Both the position numbers and the translations under genes were made by a program. A stretch of DNA of 21,501 bases from Acidihalobacter ferrooxydans (GTDB lineage: Bacteria; Pseudomonadota; Gammaproteobacteria; DSM-5130; Acidihalobacteraceae), in contig NZ_CP019434.1 of NCBI RefSeq assembly GCF_001975725.1, positions 2,712,418-2,733,918 of the forward strand, given 5' to 3'. Positions 1 through 6,543 of the stretch are shown in pieces. The number at the start of each line of letters is the position of its first letter. The stretch's first letter is position 1. A model generated the notes under the pieces. That model did not search any database. It was not told where the DNA came from and saw only the letters and a list, made by a program, of their open reading frames with translations.

Positions 1-1282
1 TCCTCTACGGTAATGCGTGTGGCGTGCGCCACATGCTCATCGTGCCACCATGCCGTTCCCGGCCCCGAGGCGGGGCATCTCCTGGCGCACGATGTCCCAG
101 ATGAAGCCGGCCAGCTCACGGGCGATCGCCACGCACACCCGTTTGACGTTCTTGCCCGCCTGGGTCAGGGTGCGGTAGCGGCCACAGAGTCTTTTCTGTG
201 CCCGCCAGGCGATCGCCTTGGCCTGTTCCGGGGCCGCTTTGGCCTTGCGTTTGAGGTGCATCGTCTGACGCGCCGGGAACCGATAGCTCCAGGCACACTC
301 CACCAGCATGCGGCGCGCATGGGCATTGCCGGTCAGGGTGATCGCGCCCTGGCGTCGTCGGCCGCCGCTGCTGTGTTCACTCGGCACCCGCCCCAGGTAG
401 GCCATGAGCTGTTTGGGTGACTCGAAGCGGCTGATATCGCCAAGCTCCGCCAACAGCACGATGGCGGCCAGTGTGTCGATGCCGCGCAAGGCCACCAGCG
501 CATCCACCACCGGGGCCAATGACCAGTTCGGCAGGGCCTGCATCAATTGGGCGGTAAGATCGGCCACGCGTCGAGAGGCGGCCTTGACCGCGTCGATGTA
601 CTCCTGCAGCACCACCTGCAGCCAGGGTTGTTCGAAGCGGATCGATGCCATCCAGTTGAAGTGGGTCGCCGTCCAGCGTGTCTTGCCCGTGGGCCAGTGA
701 TGCCCGTGGCGCAACAAAAATCCGTTGAGCTGCTGGCGTGCCTTGCGCTCCTGACCCTTCATGTCGTCCCGCGCCCGCGTCAGATCCCGCATCGCTTCCT
801 GCTCGGCGTCCGGCACCCACACCGGCGTCAGTTCGCCAGCCCGTAACAGCCGCGCCAGCTTCAGCGCATCACGCCGGTCGGTCTTGACCCGCTCGCCCGC
901 CTTCTTCGGAATCAGCGAAGGCGCCACCACCTGACAGTCATGCCCCGCCGCGACCAGCCGCCGATACAATCCGTAACCACACGGGCCGGCCTCATAGCAA
1001 AACTGCAACAAGGCGCCCTCGAACTCGGCGCTCAGGCGATCCAGCCATCGGCTCACCTTCTTCGGCTCATGGGCGATCTCTCCCCGGTACAGGGGTTCAT
1101 CGCGCCCTGGCAGGGCGACCGCCACCGCAATCGTGTCCTTGTGAACGTCCAGTCCGACGTAGGCGGCATATCGCTCCGTCACGATCGGTGCCGAAGTCTG
1201 GTTTGCGCTATCCTCTTTCATGACCTGTCCTCCTCAATGTGGCTCTGTGGCGGGAGTGATTTCCCAACCCACCCCAACATAA
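1..1282 (-). mobile_element. IS110-family insertion sequence, partial (left end off-window; right boundary approximate)
   Basis: Contains the DEDD-type transposase ORF 37..1221. Only 36 bp follow its stop before the window edge. Between the start codon (1221) and the truncated integrase reading frame (open from 1283) there are about 60 bp, with a GAGGAGG Shine-Dalgarno at roughly 1229-1236. IS110-family elements lack classical terminal IRs, so the exact end cannot be read off the sequence. Confidence 0.65.
37..1221 (-). CDS. IS110-family (DEDD) transposase, 394 aa
   Basis: N-terminal YVGLDVHKDT, CYEAGPCGYGL and VKTDRRDA motifs typical of the DEDD_Tnp_IS110 domain. C-terminal LGRVPSEHSSGGRRRQGAITLTGNAHARRMLVECAW matches the Transposase_20 domain. 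Strong SD upstream. Confidence 0.93.
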   Translation of the reverse strand: MKEDSANQTSAPIVTERYAAYVGLDVHKDTIAVAVALPGRDEPLYRGEIAHEPKKVSRWLDRLSAEFEGALLQFCYEAGPCGYGLYRRLVAAGHDCQVVAPSLIPKKAGERVKTDRRDALKLARLLRAGELTPVWVPDAEQEAMRDLTRARDDMKGQERKARQQLNGFLLRHGHHWPTGKTRWTATHFNWMASIRFEQPWLQVVLQEYIDAVKAASRRVADLTAQLMQALPNWSLAPVVDALVALRGIDTLAAIVLLAELGDISRFESPKQLMAYLGRVPSEHSSGGRRRQGAITLTGNAHARRMLVECAWSYRFPARQTMHLKRKAKAAPEQAKAIAWRAQKRLCGRYRTLTQAGKNVKRVCVAIARELAGFIWDIVRQEMPRLGAGNGMVAR

Positions 1283-1540
1283 CCCACGTGCGTTGAGGTT
1301 GGGCAGGTCAAAACATCATGTCTAGCGAAACTCCATACAAGCGCTTGGAAAAGGGCGTGGGAAAAAGCGGGATTACCGTCTACAGACAGAGGAACTCGAA
1401 AAGGCGTACACAACCGGCGTCATACTTGCGGTCGCACACTGAGAGCGGCCGGGGTATCGCAGGAAACTCGAGAAGCGCTAATCGGCCACGCCAATGGGGA
1501 CATCACGACGCACTACTCGGCGGCAGAACTGTGGGAACTA
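1283..1540 (+). pseudogene. Tyrosine recombinase (phage/island integrase) remnant, part 1 (catalytic-domain fragment, N-terminus missing)
   Basis: Frame with codon starts congruent to 2 mod 3 reads ...AKLHTSAWKRAWEKAGLPSTDRGTRKGVHNRRHTCGRTLRAAGVSQETREALIGHANGDITTHYSAAELWEL. This includes an HxxR box, an LxGH box and the catalytic Tyr context (THY). No start codon. An in-frame TAA at 1280-1282 and the IS110 element lie immediately upstream. The frame is interrupted at the TA (1539-1540) by the IS630 insertion. Confidence 0.75.
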
Positions 1541-2623
1541 GTGTAGTGCGTCATTCTGTTTGGAACTTAAGCGCCGATTGGCGCGGACTACCTTCTGGAG
1601 GATGTCATTGGCACTGGCCGTCCAGATGAATGATTTCGGTTGCCGATTATGCTCAGCGATAGAGTCCTCAATCGCGTGGATCAGTTCCGGTACGCTGGTG
1701 AACACGCCACGGCGCAGTTGCTGGGTGGTGATGTCACGAAAGAAGCGCTCCACCCTGTTGAGCCAGGACGCGGAGGTGGGCGTGAAGTGGATGTGAAAGC
1801 GTGGGTGCTTGGCCAGCCACTGTTTCACTTTCGGATGCTTGTGCGTAGCGTAGTTGTCGCAGATCAGATGCAGCGCCTTGTCCCGGGGCGTCTCGCGCTC
1901 GATCTGGCGCAGGAACTTCAGCCATTCGACATGCTGATGACGCGCCTGACATTGACCGATCACGGTACCATCGAGCACGTTGAGCGCCGCGAACAAGGTG
2001 GTGGTGCCATGACGCTTGTAGTCATGGGTCATCGTCGCGGCACGGCCTTTCTTCAAAGGCAGGCCCGGTTGGGTACGGTCCAAGGCCTGGACCTGACTTT
2101 TCTCGTCACAGCAGAGCACCAGCGCGTGCGCGGGCGGATTCAGATACAGCCCGACCACGTCTTCAAGCTTTTCGATAAACCGCGGGTCGCGCGAGACCTT
2201 GAACGTCTCGATGCGGTGCGGCTTGAGGCCATGCGCTTGCCACACCCGACGAATGCTCGCCTCGCTGACACCGGTGCGCACCGCCATGGACCGCGTGCTC
2301 CAATGGGTGGCGTTAGCAGGCCGGGTCTGCGTGGTCAGGCGCACGATCTCGGCCTCGTCCACCGTCTTGGGACGCCCGCCCCGCGGGCGATCCCGATGAA
2401 TGGCCGCCAGTGCTCCTTGCGCATAACGCCTGCGCCAGCGACCCACTTGCACGCGTCCGATATTCAACGCCTGAGCAATCTCATGGTTGTTCATCCCGCG
2501 CGCGGCAAGCAACACAATCGCCGCACGACGCGCTTCGCGCACACTGGCCGTATTGGAATTCTTCAACTGTCTCAGCCGCTTCTCTTCGTCGGCGTCCAAC
2601 TCAATCACCGGGGCTACTCTCAT
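1538..2623 (-). CDS. IS630-family DDE transposase, 361 aa
   Basis: N-terminal HTH (AAIVLLAARGMNNHEIAQALNIGRVQVGRWRRRY). DDE_3 region with LICDNYATHK and FTPTSASWLNRVERFF. The stop codon TAG (complement of 1538-1540) lies outside the IR, using the duplicated TA plus one flanking base. Confidence 0.93.
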   Translation of the reverse strand: MRVAPVIELDADEEKRLRQLKNSNTASVREARRAAIVLLAARGMNNHEIAQALNIGRVQVGRWRRRYAQGALAAIHRDRPRGGRPKTVDEAEIVRLTTQTRPANATHWSTRSMAVRTGVSEASIRRVWQAHGLKPHRIETFKVSRDPRFIEKLEDVVGLYLNPPAHALVLCCDEKSQVQALDRTQPGLPLKKGRAATMTHDYKRHGTTTLFAALNVLDGTVIGQCQARHQHVEWLKFLRQIERETPRDKALHLICDNYATHKHPKVKQWLAKHPRFHIHFTPTSASWLNRVERFFRDITTQQLRRGVFTSVPELIHAIEDSIAEHNRQPKSFIWTASANDILQKVVRANRRLSSKQNDALH

Positions 2624-2673
2624 AGCGCTTGTCCTGCATCTGCCTGTTCCCGTAGTCAGACATCAGGCAGGAT

Positions 2674-4006
2674 CACTAGTGTCCGGAAAAATCTGGCATG
2701 ACCCTCTATAATCAACTGTTTTTACGAAAATAACATGCCTTTTTCGCCTGTCACCGACTTGAACTGGCCTCCGGGCCAGGCGCACGCTTCAACGCGGTAT
2801 TCCGGGTTGGAGCGACCAAGTCATGTACACAGGAAAACTCGTGTTCGCACAGGCGATAGATCACCTGCCTTTGCACACACTGCGGCGCTGCATTCAGCTC
2901 TACAACGGCAACCGGCACGTCAAACGCTTCAGCTGTCAGGATCAGTACCGATGCATGGCCTTTGCACAGCTCACCTACCGGGAGAGCCTGCGCGACATCG
3001 AGGCCTGCCTCAACGCCCAGAGCAACAAGCTCTACCACATGGGCATCCGTTCTCGCATCGCGCGCAGCACACTGGCCGAGGCCAACGAGAAGCGCGACTG
3101 GCGCATCTACGCCGACTTTGCTCAGTCACTGATCCAGATCGCCCGGCGACTGTATGCCGACGAGGACCTTGGCCTCGAACTCGACAACACGGTCTACGCG
3201 CTCGATGCCTCCACCATCGATCTCTGCTTGTCCGTATTCCCCTGGGCGCATTTCCGGCAAACCAAGGCCGCCGTCAAGCTACACACGTTGCTCGATCTAC
3301 GCGGCAATATCCCTTCGTTCATCCATATCTCCGACGGCAAGCTTCACGATGTGAATGTGCTCGACCTTCTACTGCCAGAGCCCGGCGCCTTCTACATCGT
3401 GGATCGTGGCTATACGGACTTCGAGCGTCTGCATCAGCTTCACCAGGCGTTGGCATTTTTCGTCATTCGCGCCAAGTCCAACCTGCAGTTCCGGCGGGTG
3501 TACTCCCGCCCCGTGGACAAACAGACCGGTCTGCGTTGCGATCAAACCATCGCGCTCACTGGTGTCCGCAGCGCCCGGCACTACCCGGACCCACTTCGTC
3601 GCATCAAGTACTACGACGCAGAGACCGACAAACGGCTGGTCTTTCTGACCAACAACTTCACGATCCCGGCGATCACCGTAACGGATCTCTACCGGTACCG
3701 CTGGCAGGTGGAGCTGTTCTTCAAATGGATCAAGCAGCACCTGCGCATCAAGTCGTTCTTCGGCACGTCAGAAAATGCGGTCAAGACGCAAGTCTGGATC
3801 GCCGTCTCCGTCTATGTCCTGGTCGCCATCATCAAGAAGCGACTCGATATCCCGGCCAGTCTCTACTCGATCCTACAGATTTTGAGCCTGACCATTTTCG
3901 AAACAATGCCCCTGAATCAATTGCTTACAGAGGATGACCCCGATATGACTCATTCCGACCCCCATAACCAGTTGAATTTATTTGAATAATATTCCGGACA
4001 CGAGTG
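2674..4006 (+). mobile_element. IS4-family insertion sequence (1333 bp) nested inside the IS630 element
   Basis: Imperfect terminal IRs: CACTAGTGTCCGGAA (2674-2688) versus the reverse complement of TTCCGGACACGAGTG (3992-4006), 14/15 matches. Flanked by a perfect 9-bp direct repeat AGGCAGGAT at 2665-2673 and 4007-4015 (target-site duplication). Confidence 0.87.
2823..3989 (+). CDS. IS4-family DDE transposase, 388 aa
   Basis: Carries the Y(2)R(3)E(6)K signature directly in YRYRWQVELFFKWIK. Has a DDE_Tnp_1-like core (IVDRGY...) and an N-terminal region (MYTGKLVFAQAIDHLPLHTLRRCI...) resembling the DUF4372 domain seen in this transposase group. Confidence 0.92.
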   Translation: MYTGKLVFAQAIDHLPLHTLRRCIQLYNGNRHVKRFSCQDQYRCMAFAQLTYRESLRDIEACLNAQSNKLYHMGIRSRIARSTLAEANEKRDWRIYADFAQSLIQIARRLYADEDLGLELDNTVYALDASTIDLCLSVFPWAHFRQTKAAVKLHTLLDLRGNIPSFIHISDGKLHDVNVLDLLLPEPGAFYIVDRGYTDFERLHQLHQALAFFVIRAKSNLQFRRVYSRPVDKQTGLRCDQTIALTGVRSARHYPDPLRRIKYYDAETDKRLVFLTNNFTIPAITVTDLYRYRWQVELFFKWIKQHLRIKSFFGTSENAVKTQVWIAVSVYVLVAIIKKRLDIPASLYSILQILSLTIFETMPLNQLLTEDDPDMTHSDPHNQLNLFE

Positions 4007-4048
4007 AGGCAGGATATTAAGTTCTTTTAATTATGACGCACTACACTA

Positions 4049-4183
4049 GCGCAAGCAGCCGAAGTGATCACCGGCCGTAGCATCAAGCAGACACCAGCGC
4101 TGCATGTGATCGCCCGCACAGCCGCTGTCGGCGTGTCGGAAAACAAAAAGGGGCTAACGGCAAAAAGCTCGCTAACCCCTTGA
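4049..4183 (+). pseudogene. Tyrosine recombinase remnant, part 2 (C-terminal 44 codons plus stop)
   Basis: Continues the frame of 1283..1540 exactly once the IS630 element and one TA copy are removed (...AAELWEL|AQAAEVITGRSIKQTPALHVIARTAAVGVSENKKGLTAKSSLTP*). The TGA stop at 4181-4183 lies 6 bp from the tRNA-Arg 3' fragment. Confidence 0.7.
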
Positions 4184-4189
4184 TTTTAA

Positions 4190-4234
4190 TGGCGCGCCCG
4201 GAAGGATTCGAACCTCCGACCACCTGGTTCGTAG
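4190..4234 (-). repeat. att site (distal copy): 45-bp fragment identical to the 3' portion of tRNA-Arg
   Basis: TGGCGCGCCCGGAAGGATTCGAACCTCCGACCACCTGGTTCGTAG is identical at 4190-4234 and 10379-10423. It covers the tRNA from the anticodon loop to CCA. Sequence diverges immediately after position 4234 versus 10423. Imperfect similarity continues about 14 bp on the other side (4176-4189 versus 10365-10378). Confidence 0.92.
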
Positions 4235-4352
4235 TTAGGTGAATCTAGGTTTCATGCGGGTTCAGCCCGAATCACGTAAAACGCTAACCGACTGATTTCC
4301 TTGCATTCGCGTATTCAACCCGTGTCAGCTAGAATTAGCCAAGCGCCGCAAA

Positions 4353-4384
4353 ATTGGCAACAAATTGGCAACAGATTGGCAACA
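4353..4384 (+). promoter_or_regulatory. Three 11-bp-phased copies of ATTGGCAACA upstream of int (candidate integrase arm-type sites)
   Basis: ATTGGCAACA at 4353-4362, 4364-4373 and 4375-4384. Two more copies in the same orientation sit at the other island end (10300-10309, 10311-10320). They lie between the att core and the int start codon. Confidence 0.5.
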
Positions 4385-4414
4385 GCCGCCGACCACCTGA
4401 CCCGGAACGCAAAC

Positions 4415-5692
4415 ATGGCAACTGAGAAGCGCCTTTCCCCACTGGCAATCAAGAACGCGAAAGCCACCACCCGCGACCGTTGGCTAAACGATGGTGGAGG
4501 TTTGTTTCTGCATGTCCGGCCATCCGGTAGCAAGGCGTGGCGGCTGCGATACACCATCAACGGCAAGCGGCGAGTCAAGAACCTGGGCGATGCCGGCGTA
4601 GTGAGTGCCCGCGAAGCACGCGACGCCGCGCATAAGGCACGCAAGCTGGTTGAGCAAGGGCTAGATCCGATTGAAGAGGAGGCCGCCGCACGCGAGGCCG
4701 AACGCAAAGAACTGGAACAGCGGCGCACCTTCGAGGATGCCTTGAACCGATGGGCCGAACTTGAGCTATCGAGCCGCAAGGACGGGGGCGCGGAAAGCAT
4801 ACGTGCCCTGCGTAAGGACGTGCTGCCGGTCTTGGGTGGCCGTCTGCTGGACGAAATCACACGCGGCGATGTGCTGGACGCGCTGGACGGGATCAAAGCC
4901 AGAGGCGCCGCCATTATGGCGAACCGCACCTTTGGCGACCTGCGGCAATTTTTTAACTGGTGCGCGTCACGCGAATGGGTGAGCGACAGTCCCTTGCGAG
5001 GCGTCAGAAAGGAAAACATCGGCGGACGGGAAAAAGAACGCGACCGGATACTGTCGGCGGGCGAATTGATAGAGCTACGCGACAAGCTACCGGGCGCGAA
5101 CCTTGAACCGCAAACCGTGGCGGCGGTCTGGATAATGCTTGCGACACTTTGCCGGGTGGGCGAGTTAATTCAAGCCAGATGGGAAGATATCGACCTTGAA
5201 AGCGGCACGTGGAGGATACCGGCGACCAACGCCAAGAACGCACGCGAGCATGTCGTTTTTCTGTCCGACCTTGCGATGCGGCAATTCGCCATTTTGCGCG
5301 AACGTACCGGGTGTGGCGAATGGGTAATGTTGTCGCCTTCAAAGGACGGTCACATAGGCATGAAAACCATCACGAAGCAGATACGCGACCGCATGCGCGA
5401 GGAACCCTTGAGCAACCGCACCAAGGCCGCAGGCGCATTAATCCTGACCGGCGGAGCATGGACACCGCACGACTTACGCCGAACAGGTGCAACGCTGATG
5501 GGTGAATTAGGCGTTTTGGGGGAAGTAATCGAGCGATGCTTAAACCACGTTGAGCCGAGCAAGATACGCCGCACGTATCAGCGGCACGAATACCGGGCAG
5601 AGAAGCGCGAAGCCTGGATGCGGTTGGGTGATTATTTGGATGACCTGCTGACTGGCCGTTCGCGTAAGGTTGTGAATATCCAGCGAGCATAA
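4415..5692 (+). CDS. int: Tyrosine-type site-specific integrase (P4-like, DUF4102 arm-binding N-terminus), 425 aa
   Basis: From the ATG at 4415: MATEKRLSPLAIKNAKATTRDRWLNDGGGLFLHVRPSGSKAWRLRYTINGKR (typical DUF4102 N-terminus). Catalytic boxes CRVGELIQARWEDIDL (R), TPHDLRRTGAT (HxxR) and LNHV...RRTYQRHEY (H...Y). The TTG at 4301 used by the ORF track adds 38 non-homologous residues that overlap the repeat array. Confidence 0.93.
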   Translation: MATEKRLSPLAIKNAKATTRDRWLNDGGGLFLHVRPSGSKAWRLRYTINGKRRVKNLGDAGVVSAREARDAAHKARKLVEQGLDPIEEEAAAREAERKELEQRRTFEDALNRWAELELSSRKDGGAESIRALRKDVLPVLGGRLLDEITRGDVLDALDGIKARGAAIMANRTFGDLRQFFNWCASREWVSDSPLRGVRKENIGGREKERDRILSAGELIELRDKLPGANLEPQTVAAVWIMLATLCRVGELIQARWEDIDLESGTWRIPATNAKNAREHVVFLSDLAMRQFAILRERTGCGEWVMLSPSKDGHIGMKTITKQIRDRMREEPLSNRTKAAGALILTGGAWTPHDLRRTGATLMGELGVLGEVIERCLNHVEPSKIRRTYQRHEYRAEKREAWMRLGDYLDDLLTGRSRKVVNIQRA

Positions 5693-5762
5693 TGAACGAA
5701 ACCCGGCGAGTGCGACCAACACGCGCCAGGCTTCTGACCAAACGTGATGGAGGGATCACGCG

Positions 5763-6449
5763 ATGGCTAGCGAAGATTGTACACAAATTGAATTCACGCA
5801 GGAGGGGGACTATTGGCTCGCGTTCGACGACGTGGGCAATTGTGGCGAAGGCAAGACCAAGGCCGAGGCACGCAGGGATTTACGCGGACAACAAGCCCGC
5901 AACGCCGCCGAGGTCGAGACGTTCATTGCAAGGCGCGAGCATGAAGCCGAGCAATCGAAGGCCAAGGCCGAGGCCGAACGAAAGCGGCAATTCGATGCCA
6001 ACCTGGGCCGTTACCTTCGCGCGATAGGCAAGCTTGAGCGCAGGATAAATCGCCGTGTGCAAAACGGCACCGCGCAACGTGAAAGCGACCGCCGAAAAAT
6101 AATTGCTGACGAGCTGGAAGGCTTCGCGTACGACTACCCACCCATCGAGACCACACCGCAAGCGCCCGGCTGGTTGGAGCAATCAACGGTGAAAATAGTC
6201 CCACCAACATCTACGCAGGTGGCGGACTGGCGAAAGAGTGTCAAGAAAGCGGCTAATGCACACCGGCAAGCTGCCAAAAACCGGGAAAAGCAACCTGCCG
6301 CCACCCGGGCCGCGATCAAAGCCAAGCACTTGGCGACCGAGCGCAAGAAAAAGGCAGTCAGGGCGCTGGCGGCGCAAGGGAAAACAAATCGACAAATTGC
6401 TTCCGTCCTGGGACTGAGACCCCGGCAGGTGCAACGGTTAAAAAAATAA
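5763..6449 (+). CDS. Hypothetical regulator: HicB/UPF0150-like N-terminal domain, charged coiled-coil linker, C-terminal HTH, 228 aa
   Basis: GGAGG SD 8 nt upstream. N-terminus IEFTQEGDYWLAFDDVGNCGEGKTKAEARRDL resembles the HicB-fold pattern (xDGxYxAxxPxLPGCxxxGxTxEEA). The middle is K/A/E/R-rich. The C-terminus AVRALAAQGKTNRQIASVLGLRPRQVQRLKK is a resolvase/HTH_23-like helix-turn-helix. Confidence 0.7.
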   Translation: MASEDCTQIEFTQEGDYWLAFDDVGNCGEGKTKAEARRDLRGQQARNAAEVETFIARREHEAEQSKAKAEAERKRQFDANLGRYLRAIGKLERRINRRVQNGTAQRESDRRKIIADELEGFAYDYPPIETTPQAPGWLEQSTVKIVPPTSTQVADWRKSVKKAANAHRQAAKNREKQPAATRAAIKAKHLATERKKKAVRALAAQGKTNRQIASVLGLRPRQVQRLKK

Positions 6450-6543
6450 TTCAGGGGGGTGACATTTCCCCGCTCTGCATAAAAAAGCCCGCGAATCGCC
6501 GTGTGCAATGCTTGACCCGTGTTCAATCAACAGGGGTCAAACA

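Larger units (their letters stand above)
1541..4046 (-). mobile_element. IS630-family insertion sequence, interrupted by a nested IS4-family element
   Basis: 14-bp perfect terminal IRs: GTGTAGTGCGTCAT at 1541-1554 and its reverse complement at 4033-4046. Flanked by TA (1539-1540) and TA (4047-4048), the IS630/Tc1 target duplication. Removing the nested IS and one TSD copy (2674-4015) leaves about 1164 bp, a typical IS630 size. Confidence 0.87.

Noticed and set aside
1318-1629. 103-aa + strand ORF bridging chromosomal DNA and the IS630 end
   Set aside because: It is in the wrong frame relative to the integrase remnant and runs across the IS630 terminal repeat into the antisense strand of the transposase gene, so it is an artefact of juxtaposition.
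1640-3937. 353-aa (+, 1640..2701) and 400-aa (+, 2735..3937) ORFs inside the IS elements
   Set aside because: The first is antisense to the IS630 transposase. The second is an alternative frame of the IS4-family transposase. Both are Arg/Pro/His-rich with no motifs, whereas the chosen frames carry the DDE and YREK signatures.
4146-4182. Possible terminator hairpin for the ancestral tRNA-Arg (AAGGGG ... CCCCTT with a 23-nt loop)
   Set aside because: The stem is only 6 bp with a large loop, has no clean U-run on the relevant strand, and lies within the integrase-remnant coding frame. The evidence is too weak to annotate.
4301-4414. TTG start at 4301 for the integrase; also 6508 for alpA and 9317 for the last island gene
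   Set aside because: The extensions add non-homologous residues and overlap repeat or intergenic features. The internal ATGs (4415, 6544, 9470) give canonical family N-termini, and the ATG at 9470 has a clear SD.
4315-5085. 256-aa minus-strand ORF opposite the integrase gene
   Set aside because: It is a Ser/Arg-rich low-complexity translation antisense to a well-supported integrase, with no start context.
5692-6027. 111-aa + strand ORF starting at the integrase stop
   Set aside because: It is an Arg/Pro-rich alternative frame overlapping the 5763..6449 gene, which has a good SD and recognisable domains.
5693-6543. Search for a HicA-like toxin partner of the HicB-like protein
   Set aside because: No small ORF with a HicA-type dsRBD-like sequence exists on either strand adjacent to 5763..6449. 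A canonical hicAB toxin-antitoxin call is therefore not supported.
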